Source of the DNA: Escherichia phage GADS24
Strand: one strand, 5' to 3'
Sequence record: OQ703618.1
Length of the DNA: 64,000 bases
Positions 62,658-64,000 of the stretch are shown piece by piece (position 1 is the stretch's first letter; each line of letters begins with the position of its first letter). A model generated the notes under the pieces. The model made no database searches, was not told the origin of the DNA, and saw only the letters and a list, made by a program, of their open reading frames with translations. The translations under genes were made by a program, and so were the position numbers.

Positions 62658-64000
62658 TATCCTTGGACAAATTTAAACGGAACTGATTCTAAATCCATTA
62701 AAGATGCTAACAATTTCAATCCTTTAGGAGCACTAGTTTTTTCTACAAATGAGGAGAACGATACCGGCTCATCTGATTCGATTTCACCCGTCATAGCAAC
62801 CACCTCGCCTGTTTCCATGAGAACATCACCATCGTAAATGACAGCTTCGTCCAACTGGTCCGAGGACATGACTTCAGCTTGAATAAATTTAAGGTTGGAT
62901 TCTAAACCTGCACCAGTGTCAGATGACGCATCTGTAATTTTATTTATCTGCAAGAGAATGCCTCTAGGCAAAATAATTTCTTGCTCATTAGGGTGATTAC
63001 TCAACTGTCCCGGATAAATCACGTTAACTTTATGGGCGCCATCAATAGCCCATCCAACGTTAACACGGATTTGTTCTGGTGCATGCATAGCTGTTCTTAC
63101 TTGGCTAGGAGAAATAGTAACACCTTCGTCATTATTATCAATGTTAAGCTCTTTGCGAACTTCTTCAGGAGCAAGTCCAAGGGCAACGTTCTCTTTAAAC
63201 CCGCCGAAAATAATAGGAGCTAGTGAAGTGGAAACATAGTTTCTGAAGTAGAATACCTTATTTTTAACCATTGCTTCGTAAATAGGCATTCTGATAGACT
63301 GAGCTCTATATAACGTTAGTCCTTCAGGTAAACGGTCTCCATTTAAAAACGCTGAATCAAGACCATCAATAGCGCGTTTAACTTCATCTTCATCTGCAAC
63401 ATCGTAAAAATCCGGTTTATAACGACCTAACAACATATTATTGATATCGATATACGCAGAAGAGGCATATTCACGAATAGCTCGTTTTTCAGCAACAGAG
63501 TATTGTTTAGGGTCCCGATTCATTGTTATATTAAAGGTGCCTCTAGCCGATTCTCGTGCATAAGTATACATCACATTAGACAAGAACGCTGATTTACGTT
63601 GTTTCCAAGTTCTTTCAGATACTTCAGCTAAAACGTCGTCAGGCAGTTGGAAATTATCGCGTCTAAAATCTTCAAACCATTCGTCTTTAATAGAGTCTGC
63701 AATTTCATTTGCAGCTTCAACAAAAGCAGCTAATGCTTTAACAGATGTTGTTTTTTCGGTTTTAATTTTCTTAGCAAACTTTTCTAAAGTCGGCTTAATA
63801 ACACTACCATAAGAAACTTCATCGGCAAATTTAAAGGATTCATCAATACGATTATAAATCTTATTTTCGATATCAGCAACTAAAGTGCCTTTTGCTGTGG
63901 ACGATGCTTGAGCTAGTACAATTTCATATGCTTCAGGAAGTAATTCGGCTGTAGCTGGGCCACTAACTTCTTTAGCAGAATTTTCATATTTCTGGAATAA
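62657..64000 (-). CDS. alt: Alt ADP-ribosyltransferase (5'-truncated by window end)
   Basis: Frame is open from 62657 to the window end with no ATG/GTG/TTG between 63584 and 64000, so the N-terminus lies outside; gene order 54 ... alt as in T4. Confidence 0.8.
   Translation of the reverse strand, partial: LFQKYENSAKEVSGPATAELLPEAYEIVLAQASSTAKGTLVADIENKIYNRIDESFKFADEVSYGSVIKPTLEKFAKKIKTEKTTSVKALAAFVEAANEIADSIKDEWFEDFRRDNFQLPDDVLAEVSERTWKQRKSAFLSNVMYTYARESARGTFNITMNRDPKQYSVAEKRAIREYASSAYIDINNMLLGRYKPDFYDVADEDEVKRAIDGLDSAFLNGDRLPEGLTLYRAQSIRMPIYEAMVKNKVFYFRNYVSTSLAPIIFGGFKENVALGLAPEEVRKELNIDNNDEGVTISPSQVRTAMHAPEQIRVNVGWAIDGAHKVNVIYPGQLSNHPNEQEIILPRGILLQINKITDASSDTGAGLESNLKFIQAEVMSSDQLDEAVIYDGDVLMETGEVVAMTGEIESDEPVSFSSFVEKTSAPKGLKLLASLMDLESVPFKFVQG

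Noticed and set aside
62981-63223. Plus-strand 80-aa ORF inside alt
   Set aside because: Antisense to the alt reading frame, which is continuous across it

Overview
This window is a contiguous stretch of a T4-like (Tevenvirinae) myovirus genome, very close to coliphage T4 in gene order and protein sequence (gp23, gp5, Hoc, lysozyme e, DenV and UvsW are recognisable by eye). Three blocks are visible. (1) 1..14.2 kb, minus strand: an early/accessory region running from a GrcA-like glycyl-radical cofactor gene through denV, lysozyme e and nudE into about 25 small ORFs. It holds six internal-protein (IP)-like genes with the T4 capsid-targeting N-terminus (MKTYxEFIAE), two tRNA genes, and repeated promoter/stem-loop cassettes resembling the mobile PeSL elements of T4-type hyperplastic regions. 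(2) 14.2..18.3 kb, minus strand: 57B-57A-1-3-2-4, with a GIY-YIG homing endonuclease inserted between genes 2 and 4. (3) 18.4..62.3 kb: the late structural module (53, 5, 5.1, 5.4, 6-12, wac, 13-24, rnlB, hoc, inh, uvsW, uvsY, 25, 26, 51, 27-29, 48, 54) with TATAAATA late promoters and GC-clamped tetraloop hairpins, ending in a 5'-truncated alt gene. No CRISPR array and no single obviously new multi-gene system is proven; the best candidates for undescribed biology are the IP array, the shuffled promoter cassettes and their cargo ORFs, a nucleotidyltransferase-fold protein, and two tandem paralogue families. All calls rest on reading the sequence and on remembered T4 biology; no database search was run.
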